63,306 nt of DNA, filler included, from Octopus bimaculoides (GCF_001194135.2; 4 parts of 4 records of this genome joined end to end with filler, not necessarily neighbours in it), one strand, 5' to 3'. Positions 25,142 through 39,130 are shown, numbered from the whole stretch's first letter. Numbers and translations: made by a program. The notes: a model not told the origin generated them from the letters alone.

Positions 25142-28050
25142 TAATTCTTTCTTTTGTATATTTTCATTTGTCTTGTTCATGTTCTGGCGTGCGCTGAATT
25201 TCTCTGGAGAACATTCTTTTCTTTTGTGGTTTGACAGTTGATGAACGTTTGCATGTCGCGCGCGCGTGAGTGTAAGTGAAAGAGTCTAAATTCTCTCTTA
25301 ATGAGGTGCTTAAAACAATGTTTTATGTGTTCGACTACGTAAAATATGAATTTTAAAACCTCATCTCAAAAGAAAATCTAAAATCATGCTGCACAGCTCA
25401 TATTCTTTGAAGTTATATTCATTATTTCAGGAAACATTGCATTGTTATGAAAAAACTTTCATATGCGTAAACTGAGATTTGATGGCTATCAAAATGATAG
25501 CCGTCAGATCTAAAGAACTTCCCGGAATGTTGGCATTTTGATGACCACTGTTCTTCATTGGGTTGAGTCATACCATCGTTGACCATCTATATATTTGACC
25601 TATCGTGACACAATGAGAATTAGGCTAGCTACAATGTTGGGTGGGAGTCCAATTAACAATGGAGTAAATAGCCAGTTCATTTTCTGTATATATGTGTATG
25701 TGTGTGTAAGCGGGAGTGGATGTGTGCTTGCTGTGCCTGGGCCCATGTCTACGTGTCTCTATACATGTGGCATTTGTTAATATGCAAGTATATGTAAATA
25801 GAAGTTTCGTGCTCACATGCAGCATTATTTCAATGATGAAACCTGTCGATTTCATTGCCACATATATCACTAGAATAAATGAAATAGCTACATGCGTGAA
25901 TCATACCGAAATGTTATATAGAAATATAATCAATATTTAGTCTTAACTTAAAACTCAGCTGTTTTTGTTAGGCCCTGGTCAATTATGATTGATTACTTTT
26001 GTAATGAGAAGTACTTCAGTATTTGTGTGTGTGTTAGTGCTTTAGTAATTTTCTATTAAGACTGTAAGAGGTAATTTGAAGGAGATTTAATAATCATTTC
26101 TAGCAGAACAAGTGAACCAGATAGTCTCTTATAGTAGGAATATTATTCAACCTTTCAAGTATTGATACAAAGGAGTAGAACAAGGAAGTTTAGGAAGATA
26201 TACAGTAGATTAAACTCATAATGTTTCAAGTTCATGAACTCTATATAGAAATATACAAAAAGAAAATGTTTGAATACACATGAAGTCAGTTTAATTACAC
26301 AACTAATGTATTATTTACAAAGCAGAAGTGATTAGATCAATGGAGCAAAAAATAATTTCAGTCCAGCTGATTCTGGTATTTTTTGGCGATAATTGTTATT
26401 CATGAAGGTGCTCCTTCTATGGCTTGTATTTAAAAAAAAATATCATCTCTGATGGCTACTACTATCATCATTGATCACTTTCCTTTTCTTTTTCATCTTT
26501 TAATTTAATATACATGTCCTATTCTTTTATCGTGGGTCATCTATCGGTATTTATATTTGTGTACAATTTACACAGCCGTGAAATTCCTTGCTCTTAACAC
26601 CATATGTCAGTTACAATAGTAAAATTATTCTTTACCACATGAAACTTCATTTACCACAGCAGATGGCCACGGTATTTCTAAATTTTTTTCACAATCAGGC
26701 TCCACAGTCATATTCGCAAAATGAAAAGCTAGCCTTTGACACACCACTGACACTGAATAGTATTGATATATTGGCTTTAATTTCAAAATCTCAATGACTA
26801 TACTAGCAGACAAGAACAACTACTATCATGTTCACTCGTGCAACTTAACTTGTGAGTGATCGTCAAAGCTACATAACACTGATGAAATTTTCTCTGAAGG
26901 ATCAGCAAACATCATTCACCCTTAAATATTTGCTGATTAACGACACCCAAGTTCAACTGACATTGGAGTAATAGTGATATAATTGAGACGTGCGAGTGCC
27001 ATCCTTACAAGAAACCACAATATCTTAATATCACAAACAAAGGGGAGGAAATACGGCTGATTCGCAAACAGTCACTATCACTAAGCGTATGTATTCGTGA
27101 TGACCTTCTTGCTTTCACCTTTCTTTGAATGGACTCTGCTTCTCTGATCGAACATTCTGTAAATTCCCTCCACCCAATCCTATATAATAAACGTCATTTC
27201 TTCTAGTCATCTTTATTGTTAATAACTACTGTTCACCACCTCACAATTTATCCCTCCACCGCTACCATTTCCTATACTAAACATTCCGCAAATTTTTTTT
27301 TCTTGAAACCCTGTACGTCACATGTCAACTGATGGATGTTAAAGCTAAACTTTCGTATTATTTTCATCAACTTTGAAAGGACTACAATGGCCATTAGCAC
27401 CATCTTCACAGAGATTTTTGTATGCTTGAAAATTTAAAATACATATAAAAAAAAAAAAGACTTTACACACTTGAATAAATAAAAATTTGTAATATTGTGT
27501 GATATATATCCTTGATTTTAGTTGGCTTCATCGAGAACATAAAAAAGTATTTCTGTAAACATGAATTTTGAAAAGTCAGGCAGAATATTGAAGAAGAAAT
27601 ATTCTTCGATTTTCTCAAAAACAAATACAATTCAATAATAAATCTTAACAATAAATATATATATATGTAACAGAGATTTAAAACTTCAGAAAGAGAATTG
27701 AGTGGAAACAAGAAACTGAACAACAGAATATGATTATCAAGTAAGCGNNNNNNNNNNNNNNNNNNNNNNNNNNNNNNNNNNNNNNNNNNNNNNNNNNNNN
27801 NNNNNNNNNNNNNNNNNNNNNNNNNNNNNNNNNNNNNNNNNNNNNNNNNNNNNNNNNNNNNNNNNNNNNNNNNNNNNNNNNNNNNNNNNNNNNNNNNNNN
27901 NNNNNNNNNNNNNNNNNNNNNNNNNNNNNNNNNNNNNNNNNNNNNNNNNNNNNNNNNNNNNNNNNNNNNNNNNNNNNNNNNNNNNNNNNNNNNNNNNNNN
28001 NNNNNNNNNNNNNNNNNNNNNNNNNNNNNNNNNNNNNNNNNNNNNNNNNN

Positions 28051-28105
<55 letters not shown>

Positions 28106-28391
28106 CTATATTGTATATATTCATGTAAATTATGAATATACAAATACATACCACCTGTACGTATGTATGTATGTGTGTGCGTATGCGTGTGAGTGAATGT
28201 TTTAGAGTGTTTGCGTGTACGTGTGTATACATTTGTGTCTGTTTGAATTGGCATTTCATTATATTTGGCCATAAACAGGTGTTTGCGTGTGTTCTTGCGT
28301 GTATGTACAAGATATAATCGATAGTGTTTGCTTCATAATTTCTTTGTATGTATATTTATATGAGTGAGATTATTGGTAGGGTTTATTTGAA

Positions 28392-28423
<32 letters not shown>

Positions 28424-30185
28424 ATTTCTGTATATGTGTATATGTGTACTCTTGCAATCTTGCATACATAATCAAATGTAATATATGTATGTATATGTGT
28501 GTGTGTGTATGTGTGTGTGTGTGTGTGCGTGTGTGCGTGTGTGTGTTTGTATTTTTATGAAGAACACAAGACTAGCGTAGTAAGAATATTTAACATGAAG
28601 AGCAGCCACGTAGAAGTTACGAAAAGAAAACACGGATCTACTTGTCATGAATGGCTTTCAGCTGAAGTTCCTTTGTCTGACATGTATCACAAAGATTCTG
28701 ACTGCGCTAGCAAAGAAGGATAGAAAAAGAAAAAGGATACATTATCTATAGAGAATATAACTTCAAATAGATCGATAGATTAGCAGAAATGATAACATTG
28801 TGGCCATGTTGTAAATACCAATATCCCTTGACACCAACAAATATTATCATATTATCTCTTTCAGACACTTACACTTTGATGTGAACTTTTTACTTCCAGC
28901 ACGTTTGGATTATGCAGTGTGTGCATATGTTCGTGTGAATTTGTATATTACGTGTGTGTGTGTATGTGTGTGTGTGTATACATAAATACATATATAGATA
29001 CACACACACAGACATGCGTAATTGCATGTACACACGCACACACGCACACGCACAGGCACACACACACACGCACACACGCACACGCACAGGCACAGGCACA
29101 CACACGTCTACATATATTTATAGGGATATATTAATGCGTACTACGGGTATATGTAAATGTATGTGTATATATATATATATTATGCATATACATTATAATA
29201 TATCATATTATATATTATATATGTGCGTAAGCATTAAAAATCTATGGTATACCTACAAACACATACATTTATTTACATGGTGTGCTCAAATTATTGTTGA
29301 GTATAGTCCGAGGTCACTCCTGTTCTAAGAGATATATAATTATTACTATTCGAATGGTTGATTGTGTTCGATGCTCAGATCTATAGCTAGTGATAGGATA
29401 TTGTATGACACATACTTGAAGAGATAACTGTACTTTCAACAAACGATGATTTTATGCATGTAGTGAAGTATTGCAGCGTCAGCATATTATACAATATCAA
29501 GTACGTTTGTCTATGTTAGCAGATTCTAAACATGGATTCAATGGAGATCGATAAAGTCAGTCTGAAGATGACAGTAGCTGCTCTTTCATGTTTGAGGCAT
29601 CTAAGATTTATACACACAAACACATATATACGGTATAGATTCAAACGCATACACCCACGCACACACACATACATACACACACACAAACACACACATATAT
29701 ATATATATACATAGAAGCACACATCTGCCAGGTCTAAGTAAAACAGACAATAGGATTACGTGGTGAATGGTATAATGATGATCTAGAGTAACGCAGATTT
29801 GTTAGTTTTTTCGAAATAAATTCCTATGAAGTAACAAGGAACTAGCTGACTTTAAAGTTGAAGACTGACACCATAAAATGTTTATTTACCCTTCCAGTTT
29901 TAGTTACGGTGAGTGATTTTTGAAATGGTCTGCATGCAAGAGTATCATTCCGAATAGAAATTATCCATGACGCATCGAATATATTGTTTGTAAACAAGTG
30001 TTGCTGCTTGTTTTTGTTAGCCAGTTATGATTGCAGTGAGTTCTAGTTTCATTTTTCTTTCTTTTGCACCCTGAATATTGTACATAAAATTAGTAATATG
30101 TTGTAATATGATTACGTTGTTGAATTTGATATCTCTGAAAAGAAGGGATGTAATGTATTTGGCGAGTACACTGTTTCTAACGCAG

Positions 30186-30232
30186 GTTTCTGATTGATAA
30201 AGGCATCGCCTATTACATTGCTGTGTATCGGG
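30186..30232 (+). CDS. Candidate exon (phase 2 to 1): FLIDKGIAYYIAVYR
   Basis: CTAAC branch plus GCAG acceptor and GG|GTAAGT donor; one open frame is compatible with neighbouring candidates. Confidence 0.45.
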
Positions 30233-30689
30233 GTAAGTTGTAGGTGTGATGGAATATATAAATACATCAAATTATGGTGTTTCTAGTAAATAATAATTTT
30301 CAATTTTATCAAAATGCATACAAACATTATTTTTTCCTCTGCGTCACTGTGCGCTATCTTTTATTTGTATGGTAAAGTGGTAATTTCCTCGCTATAACGT
30401 TGTAAGTTCGTTCCATTGATTGTATTCACCTAAATGCAAGTGCATTGATTTGCTAATTAGGTCTTTATGAGAGGGATGAGTCGCATGTCATATAGCTTAA
30501 AATGCATAACCATAGTTTATATTCATGGTTATATGCTTTCCACCATGTTAAACGATTTATTTGTTCCCATCTATAGTTGAAACGGTCGTACCCTAAGAAT
30601 GAATGAAATACCATTACTTCTAATGTTTTACTTGTAATACAATGCAGTGTGATTGACGAAAATTTCCTTGGCTCTCAGTTAGTCTGGAA

Positions 30690-31375
30690 CGTTTTCTCTT
30701 ACTGGATCCGTACAATTACACCCGATAAAAACATTCATGACATATGGTTTCAAGAACTAAAGGATACACTCCTGGACAGGAATTATCCACCAACGTTAAT
30801 CAATAATGGAATACAACGGGACACAAAATTCCATTTCCAGGAACTAACACAAACAAAACTAAGAAGTATATTGAAGTCGAAGTTTTGCTATGCATTTCTA
30901 TTTACAACCTTAAAACATAACAACAAAGAAAAAAGAAACTCTGACTGAACCAAATCCTTCAAATACATACCATCATAGAAATAAAAACAAACAGTCCAAA
31001 TGAATGCAAAAAATACTAAGGCCAAAATTTATACATTAACAACAGTACCAACAATAAAAAAGATCACGGTAAAGAAAAAATTCACTTGTGTACCTGAAAT
31101 CCGAATATATGCAATTATATGCTCAGGATTCGGAGAGAACTACGTAGGACAAACAATAATATCCTTAAGACGATGCATTGCTCTATACAGATAACAAAAA
31201 ACGAATACAGACAAATAGGAATTTGTGAACACAGAGATATATGTGTAGGGAAGAAACAACTAAATTTACATTCTTCTCCTAATACTAATTTGAAGATGGC
31301 ATATCACAACAGAAACACATCAACCAAGAAGCATGTATCCTAACCAAATACCAACCACTTCTAAATCACTGAAAC
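30690..31375 (+). mobile_element. Penelope-like element, RT thumb and GIY-YIG endonuclease remnant
   Basis: QELKDTLLDRNYPPTLINNGIQR, then FTC...IYAIICSGFGENYVGQT..SLRR (GIY-YIG pattern), with frameshifts. Confidence 0.75.
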
Positions 31376-31873
31376 TACAAATCTTATTACTGATGCTGTT
31401 GCAACTACCACTGCAGTTTCTTCTAAATTTGCCATTACGATTGCTACAGCTACTACCAGTAATTCTTCTACATCTACTTATCAAATTGTTGCTGTTAATT
31501 CTACTTGTGAGATTCACACAGCCAATACTACCACGGCAACTATCAATGCTGCTGCTACTAGTAATCACCACTCCTTAAAACTAAGATTCCTGGTAAGAAG
31601 CAAAAACAACTGTCAGCGTTAAACCTGTTACTACTATTTGTACGACACAGCGGCTAAAAGAAGGAAACCAACAAATATAACCAAGTGAATTTTGTGGAAT
31701 AAACCGTGATCTACTACGCGTAATTTCATGAAAGATTAATTCAATTCATTTCAATGTATTTCCCTTTCTGTTAGAGCATGACTAAATAATCGTTTTGTAA
31801 CTAAATAATCGTTTGTAACTGGTAGCATATGCTGATCTCAAGATTTTTTCTTGTTATTCAGTATGCATGTGTC

Positions 31874-31932
<59 letters not shown>

Positions 31933-32042
31933 AATACATATATTTATATGTGTGTGTGTGTGGAGGTGAAAGGGCAACGGACTCGCGGTCGTAGGATTGC
32001 GGTTTCGATTCCCAGACCGGGAGTTGTGAGTGTTTATTATAC

Positions 32043-32102
<60 letters not shown>

Positions 32103-33318
32103 CGCACAAAAGTATTCGCGTATACGTATATAAAATTATTTAACTGTTTTTATGTGATTTCGCGTACATATATGTAGGTGCGTATACATGTATGCACACG
32201 AAGACATGTTCGCGCTTTCGAAATTACATGGGTGTACATGCGATGACATATGCCAAGATTATTTTCAGTTGACATTGGTTGTCAGCGAAATATGTCACAC
32301 GTCAAGGAAGCTAGAGATGGGTAGCGGATTAGTGACATGCAAATTTGATCAAGCCAGATTTGAACATTATGATGATGATGATGGTGATGACGATGATGAT
32401 GATGATGATGGTGATGACGATGATGATGATGATGGTGATGATGGTGGTGGTGGTGGTGGTGGTGGTGGTGGTGGTGGATGACGATGACGACACATATGAT
32501 GACGACAAATATGATGACGATGATGATGTCAAAGATGACAACGGGGAGGATAAATATAGGAGGATAACGACATCGACGACAAGGATGACGACGACAACGA
32601 CGACGGTAACGATCACGATGATAATGATGAGGATAAGGATGATGACGACAACGATTGTGATTACTATGACGAAGATACATGCAAACGTACTCACACGCAT
32701 ACACAAGCTAATGCAAATACACAAACTTCCACGTTTACACGTACAAAATAGAAAAGAAATATGCTGTAAAAAAAATGTAACAGTTATGCAGAGAAACAGG
32801 GGAGAAAGAAATAGATTTACAGGAAAATTAGAAAGTCTCTATAACTCCATTAGCAAGTTGGACAGTAATAATATATGGAAGATTAAAATCAATAACGTTA
32901 CGAGTTTCTCATGGCCTTATTTACGTTATGTTCTTTGAAGATGACTTATGATGTAAAACGAGTTTCATTTCAAGAGAATTTAATACCTCAACTGTGACTT
33001 TTACTAAGCTTCTCAACATTGTTTATATCTACGCTGTTTTAGTTCCGTGTTCATAAACAGACTAATATTTATTATATATACAACCATAGCATATTTTAAA
33101 GCAGCAAATATTCACTATGAATACAATACGTGAAAGATTGTGCATATTTACCTGTATGATGAGGCTACAAAATGTGTTTACAGAAATATGTGTGTCTGAA
33201 TACACACACGCGCGCGCCCACGCAATCACACGCACATATTCTTACCATTTGATAATTCTCTGTCTAAAACTGGTCGTAGTTTCGCATCATGTACGCTTGA
33301 TCAAATAACTGATTCGTA

Positions 33319-33351
<33 letters not shown>

Positions 33352-33523
33352 AGAGTAAGCACATAAATGCGAAACAAGGTGAAAAAAATAGTACGCGAAT
33401 ACCAGAGATAGAGTAATATGCTTTATTAAAAAGCAGCAAAAATATAACATATGTGTATATGTGCATATATTNNNNNNNNNNNNNNNNNNNNNNNNNNNNN
33501 NNNNNNNNTGGAAGTGAAAAAGT

Positions 33524-33559
33524 CTTTAACGTTTCGAGCCTACGCTCTTCCCCAGAAAG
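33524..33559 (-). ncRNA. Minimal PLE-type hammerhead motif, core mutated
   Basis: Minus strand: CTTT CTGGGGA A GAGC GTAG GCTC GAAA CGT T AAAG; palindrome ACGT; catalytic A6 changed to G. Confidence 0.5.
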
Positions 33560-34307
33560 GAGCACTGAAAGAAACAAGGAGAGAAAATAAAGAATGTGTA
33601 GCGATCTATCGGGATCGAGGTGTAGGAAGAAAGTTAGCTTCGAACAATCCGTAGTGAATATGAAAAAAACAACTTTCAGGAACATTAACGGTTTATTGAG
33701 ACAGAAGGTTGCAGATTTTTGTTTCCTTTTATCGAAGAACGATGAAATGAAAAATAATTCTTTTTATATTCCTCGTTAGGCAACCAAGGTTGCCGAGTGT
33801 GCGAAAAATTATACAAGAGTTACTGAACGGAGTCCTTAAATGCACCACCCTACCTTGCTTTATTCATACATACTTTCTTTTGTCTCAGACGACCAGTAAT
33901 ATTTCCCCGCCCTCTCCCATCTAATTTCTCTATTCTTCAAATGCCAATTCCACTATTGAATTCTGTGATTAAGCTAAAGCTATTATATTATCTACCAGCG
34001 ACCCGTCGAAATCCTCCTTTCTCTCACTCCTCTATATTTAATTTATTAATTTATTTTTCTTTCTCTTCTTTCTTCCCTTCTATTACTTATTTCTCCCCTC
34101 ATTTATATACCCTTCACATACTGTGCCCTCCACACATTCTGACTGAATCTTTGCGTCAACATATTTCTTAGCGACAATGTAGTCTTTAATCTAATCAAGA
34201 TATCCTTGGACTGAAGGACTCACTTCACTTGGATTTTACCACATCTGAAGTTTCACTTGCTACTTATATAAGCCCCGATTTCCCATACTCCATCCTCTAA
34301 CCCTTGT

Positions 34308-34373
<66 letters not shown>

Positions 34374-34811
34374 NNNNNNNNNNNNNNNNNNNNNNNNNNN
34401 NNNNNNNNNNNNNNNNNNNNNNNNNNNNNNNNNNNNNNNNNNNNNNNNNNNNNNNNNNNNNNNNNNNNNNNNNNNNNNNNNNNNNNNNNNNNNNNNNNNN
34501 NNNNNNNNNNNNNNNNNNNNNNNNNNNNNNNNNNNNNNNNNNNNNNNNNNNNNNNNNNNNNNNNNNNNNNNNNNNNNNNNNNNNNNNNNNNNNNNNNNNN
34601 NNNNNNNNNNNNNNNNNNNNNNNNNNNNNNNNNNNNNNNNNNNNNNNNNNNNNNNNNNNNNNNNNNNNNNNNNNNNNNNNNNNNNNNNNNNNNNNNNNNN
34701 NNNNNNNNNNNNNNNNNNNNNNNNNNNNNNNNNNNNNNNNNNNNNNNNNNNNNNNNNNNNNNNNNNNNNNNNNNNNNNNNNNNNNNNNNNNNNNNNNNNN
34801 NNNNNNNNNNN

Positions 34812-34881
<70 letters not shown>

Positions 34882-34959
34882 CGTCTGTAAACATAAATCC
34901 GAAAAAAGAAGCACACTCTAATTTATAGAGCAGTATATATTAAAGTTAGAGGAGATTGG

Positions 34960-35390
34960 TTTATTGGATAATCCTAGGTTTCACGTCCAAAAAGAGCTTA
35001 GCTTTATGGCGTATCATAAGATTCCAAAACCTGTTGGCTAAAATTCACTAGCTAGAGTGGCCTCTCAAGAGTACGGAGGAGGAAAAGACCCTGTTACTCA
35101 ATGCCAACAAAGGGGATTGTCTCCCCTTGTCTATCGATCGCCATGTCAAAAAAGGCGCTATCGACCGCCTGTTATCCCGAAATGTAATTACAGTCCGAAG
35201 ACCTCCGTTCTGGAGCTCAGGATGTTCCCTGAGTCGAGAGAGTCCTTTAGGATCGTCGCCCCTTCCACTGTACATAATCTACAGCGATTGGTCCCGGTAA
35301 TGTTGGGGCTTGGATTTTCTAGGATTTTTCAACACTATCGCCACCTCCAGCAAGATCACCACATTCAATGACGCTAACAAAGCCAGCTAC
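34960..35390 (-). mobile_element. GC-richer fragment, possibly retroelement ORF1 remnant
   Basis: Composition shift and broken reading frame (..DPKGLSRLREHPELQNGGLRTVITFRD..); family not recognised. Confidence 0.25.
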
Positions 35391-35434
35391 AGCAACATAT
35401 ATATATACACGAAGAGAGAGAGTGAGCGAGAGAA

Positions 35435-35508
<74 letters not shown>

Positions 35509-36119
35509 TGATTGATTAATTGATTGATTGATAGATAAACACACACATCATATTCTTCTTCAAGTGGCGTGACCGAGGTGCGTTGCACAGCACACCACCA
35601 GACACAGGAATCTATGCTTTTCGGCAGAAAATGGATTCACTCACAACACACACACACACACACACACACAAACATACACTCTTAGATATAGTTATATTGA
35701 ATACATTGAATTTATGTGCGTGTAAATGTATGTATGTGTATAGCCGGATATATATCAACGTTCATAGGTATTTATTATATGAATAAATACATTCATATTC
35801 CTAAAACTCTAGATTGTTGATTCGTAATTTTTTAATTTAACATTCGATTACAATGCAATATAAGCTCAACTGTAACATTAAGACATGTCTGCATAATTGT
35901 GGAAAAAAATAATCTTCAGCCATTTGAAGTATTCGTTTATTCTTTTATCTGAAATTATCATGTCAGTTGTCCTTACTTTGCAAAACATAAAGGTGTAATC
36001 TCAAGGAATCTATATACTTGTGGTGGAATTGCTGGGAACTACTACTTAAGGGGAGAGTGTGCTACTATACGTGAGAGAATCGTTTCTAAACTTATTTTTT
36101 TATATATACGTTTTTGTTG

Positions 36120-36495
36120 GCACTCGGTCGCTTACGACGCCGAGGGTTCCAGTTGATCCGATCAACGGAACAGCCTGTTCATGAAATTAACATGCAAGTG
36201 GCTGAGCACTCCACACACAGGTGTACCTTGAACGTAGTTCTCGGGAATATTCAGCGTGACACAGTGTGACAAGGCTGACCCTTTGAAATACAGGTACAAC
36301 AGAAACAGGAAGAAAGAGTGAGAGAAAGTTGTGGTGAAAGAGTACAGCAGGGTTCACCACCATCCCCTGCCGGAGCCTCGTGGAGCTTTAGGTGTTTTCG
36401 CTCAGTAAGTACTCACAACACCCGGTCTGGGAATCGAAACCATGATCTTATGACCGCGAGTCCGCTGCCCTAACCACTGGGCCATTGCGCCTCCA
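36120..36495 (-). mobile_element. tRNA-derived SINE (family B), near full length
   Basis: Head GGAGGCGCAATGGCCCAGTGGTTAGGGCAG...GGTTTCGATTCCCAGACCGGG; shared family B tail. A head-only copy lies at about 31969-32035 (+). Confidence 0.8.
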
Positions 36496-36616
36496 CTTTT
36501 TAGATATATATAGCAGAGAGGAAAGATATAGTTAACAAAGAACACTCGGAACAGGAACTGTATTTTTAATTTGCGTTAAATTTTGGTTTGTATTTGTGTA
36601 TCACTTTTTGTAACAG

Positions 36617-36711
36617 ATCTGTTCAAACAAAATCAAAGAGTAGCTTACATCTTTCATCGCGAGTGCTTAAATTTTGGAGGGACACCTTCTGGAAAAACAC
36701 ATTTTACAGGG
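36617..36711 (+). CDS. Candidate exon (phase 1 to 0): (D)LFKQNQRVAYIFHRECLNFGGTPSGKTHFTG
   Basis: TCACTTTTTGTAACAG acceptor, GG|GTAATG donor; phase-compatible with 30186-30232. Confidence 0.45.
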
Positions 36712-37394
36712 GTAATGTTCAGTTTAATCAGTGTATGGACATATATACAAGTAAGCATATGGCGCGCTCGCACACACACACACACACACATATAAATAGG
36801 CAGAAGCATACACACTTAAACACAGTTACACGTGCAGATGGAGAAAATTACTACTGCTGTGCAGCATTCTGTTCGGCTTTTGGGCGGCAAAATGCACACA
36901 TCCTGCAAATATATGCGTGTGCAGACAGACATGCACAAACTCACACACACACACATGCACACATGCACACGCACACATGCACACACATATATTTATATAT
37001 ATCGTAATATTTGTCTCTGTGAATATACGTGTGTGCTTAAATAATGCAAAGTTTTCTATCTTCATAAAACTATTCCCGATATATCTGGCCAACATCCTTA
37101 AAAGGGACAACATCATTTGAACGTCTTTGATCGTCTCAACAACACGGGAACTAAGCAACAATGAAAATATAGCCTTGTTTCACATATGTTGCATATATGG
37201 GATTATATGCTATAAATGTCAAGAGGCTGCAACAAAACCGCTTACAGCTTAGTCGTCTATGCACTATAATACGTTACATATTCCAGTTTTATTTCAAACG
37301 AATCTATACTGCAATTTCATATATGTATTTGTCAATAACATTAATGAATCTTTTTCTGATGCATGTAATCTCTTTCTCTTTCTCTCACTCTCTT

Positions 37395-37424
<30 letters not shown>

Positions 37425-37425
<1 letters not shown>

Positions 37426-38170
37426 TAGCAGACATGGGGTCTTCCAGCACCCACCCTCTTGACCCAGAGCAATACTACTTCCTCCATGCAATTGATGTAG
37501 AACTCCGTGTTGAGTTTTAGGCCGTGAGAGATGAATGGAGGCATAACATCGCCACCACTAGTGATCACTCCAAATACCATGATATTGACTGGATGTTTTA
37601 CTTTTTATCACTCTCGTTACATGTTTTGGGGAACAAAGCAAGTCAACAGTTGTTCTATACGTTCACTAATGATCCTGCCAGAAAATTTTCTCGTCTGAGA
37701 AATATCAAAGCATGCTCGGTTGGAGGGTCAGCTTGACTTTGTTCAAAAGCTTCGTAGCACGGTCTTTCCTCTTGTCCTTGATAGCTTGAGATAAAAATTG
37801 GCCCTTTCCCATCTTGTATGAGGAATACTGTACGTCTTCATGCACTTCCTGCTTGATAAGAAACTCAGACACTCCCATGTCCCTGGCGATGGACCTGCTA
37901 GACTTAGAAGGATCGTTGTCAATCATGGACTGGATCTCATCAACAAATTCAAGAGTTCTTTTCTTATGAGAACAATCAGAGTGAGTTTCCCGAATTGCCG
38001 TACCTTCGTTATTACCATTAAACTCGTCTAACTTTTTCCGAATCCTCTGCACTGTCCTCAGATTGACACCCAAACATTCTGAAATGTTCGTATTGGAGCT
38101 TCCAGCGCGAATACCGAGCAGTACAGCATGCCGTTTCCAAATTTCTGTGATTCGTTAAAGTACTCATGAC
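37425..38170 (-). mobile_element. Tc1/mariner-superfamily (maT/DD37D-like) transposase fragment
   Basis: LGVNLRTVQRIRKK..RSIARDMGVSEFLI..ML*YFSDEKIF..IMVFGVITSGGDVMPPFI; truncated before the second catalytic Asp. Confidence 0.75.
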
Positions 38171-38199
38171 GTCTTGTTTTCCTGATGGTCAAGTTAATC

Positions 38200-39130
38200 G
38201 TTCTGCCTGGTTGGCTTCCCCGTAGGGAACGGTCATCAGCCGTTCCACTTGGTTTATTTTCTTAAAGAGTCATTCTCCTGTATTTGCTGAAGTTCGGTTT
38301 TGATCGGTGATAAAAGGTCATTGGTCTAGTGTTATGTGACATCAGCAACTGGTGTTTCTATGGTGATATTGTAAATCTATTTGAATTTGGGGTTTTGAAA
38401 CCGACGTGGAAGACTGCTACTAAAGTTTCTTAAATTATGTCTGTTGTATCTGGTAGTTTTTGTGGCGAAATTGGGTCTTTTCCCTTTTTCTCTTTAGTGT
38501 TTTTTCTTCTTTCTAAAGTATATAAGTATATTCAGCTGTGGCTTATATTTTTTAACGAGTATGCTTTCCTTTTTTAAACGGAATTGGGTTGAAGTGTTTC
38601 CGGTGCATTGATAGAGATGGAAGATTTGGTATTTCGGGTTTATGTTTGCAGGGAAGTTTGCTTAGGGGAATTTTCCTAGTTGTGGGGTCCCGGATTTGTT
38701 GCCTGTGTACCGTTAGTCTGTCTCTCAAGGTTAATCTAGTTTGACCTACGTAGTCTCCACATTTGAGAACATAGATTAAGTTCTTCGAAGCAGAGGTGAA
38801 GTGATTTTTTATGGTATCAATGTTTCAGCCATACTGAGTTAAGAGGAAGAAAAACAATGCCATTTGATGCCATTCTTGTTGATATTCAATGGGAAGGAAA
38901 TTGAAAAGGAAAATGAGCGAATTCACACATGTGCCGACACTAGCTTTCGGAATTTTGTTTATATAGAAAGTGTAGTTTAAGCGAAATGGAGTATAAAGGG
39001 ATTTTTGTTTCAGTAAGGTAACAGGGTGGATTTGTTCGGCGTGTTTTAGTTGATGATCGCAATGTGCGCTGACATGTTTGAATTTGAGTCCAGGGATATA
39101 GAAAAATGAAAGATTTATCAAGTGGATTTA
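38200..39130 (-). mobile_element. Penelope-like element 3' part (RT thumb, GIY-YIG, pLTR)
   Basis: Minus strand HFTSASKNLIYVLKCGDYVGQTRLTLRDRLTVHRQ; a CTGATGA-containing degenerate HHR-like end at about 38205-38250. Confidence 0.75.

Larger units (their letters stand above)
24180..25240. mobile_element. Retrozyme-like / non-autonomous PLE-type element with inverted and tandem copies
   Basis: Segment order A-B-C-B'-A'-X-C'-B' (prime = reverse complement). B' recurs at 24617 and 25156 (539-bp period). C and C' each carry an HHR. Confidence 0.75.

Noticed and set aside
28640-28710. Minus-strand exon RSQNLCDTCQTKELQLKAIHDK
   Set aside because: Isolated, with no partner exon or homology recognised. 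Similar lone candidates at about 35540-35610, 40709-40787, 47523-47595 and 54635-54670 were also left unreported.
31969-32035. tRNA gene
   Set aside because: It is the head of SINE family B (matches 36420-36495) and lacks a full cloverleaf.
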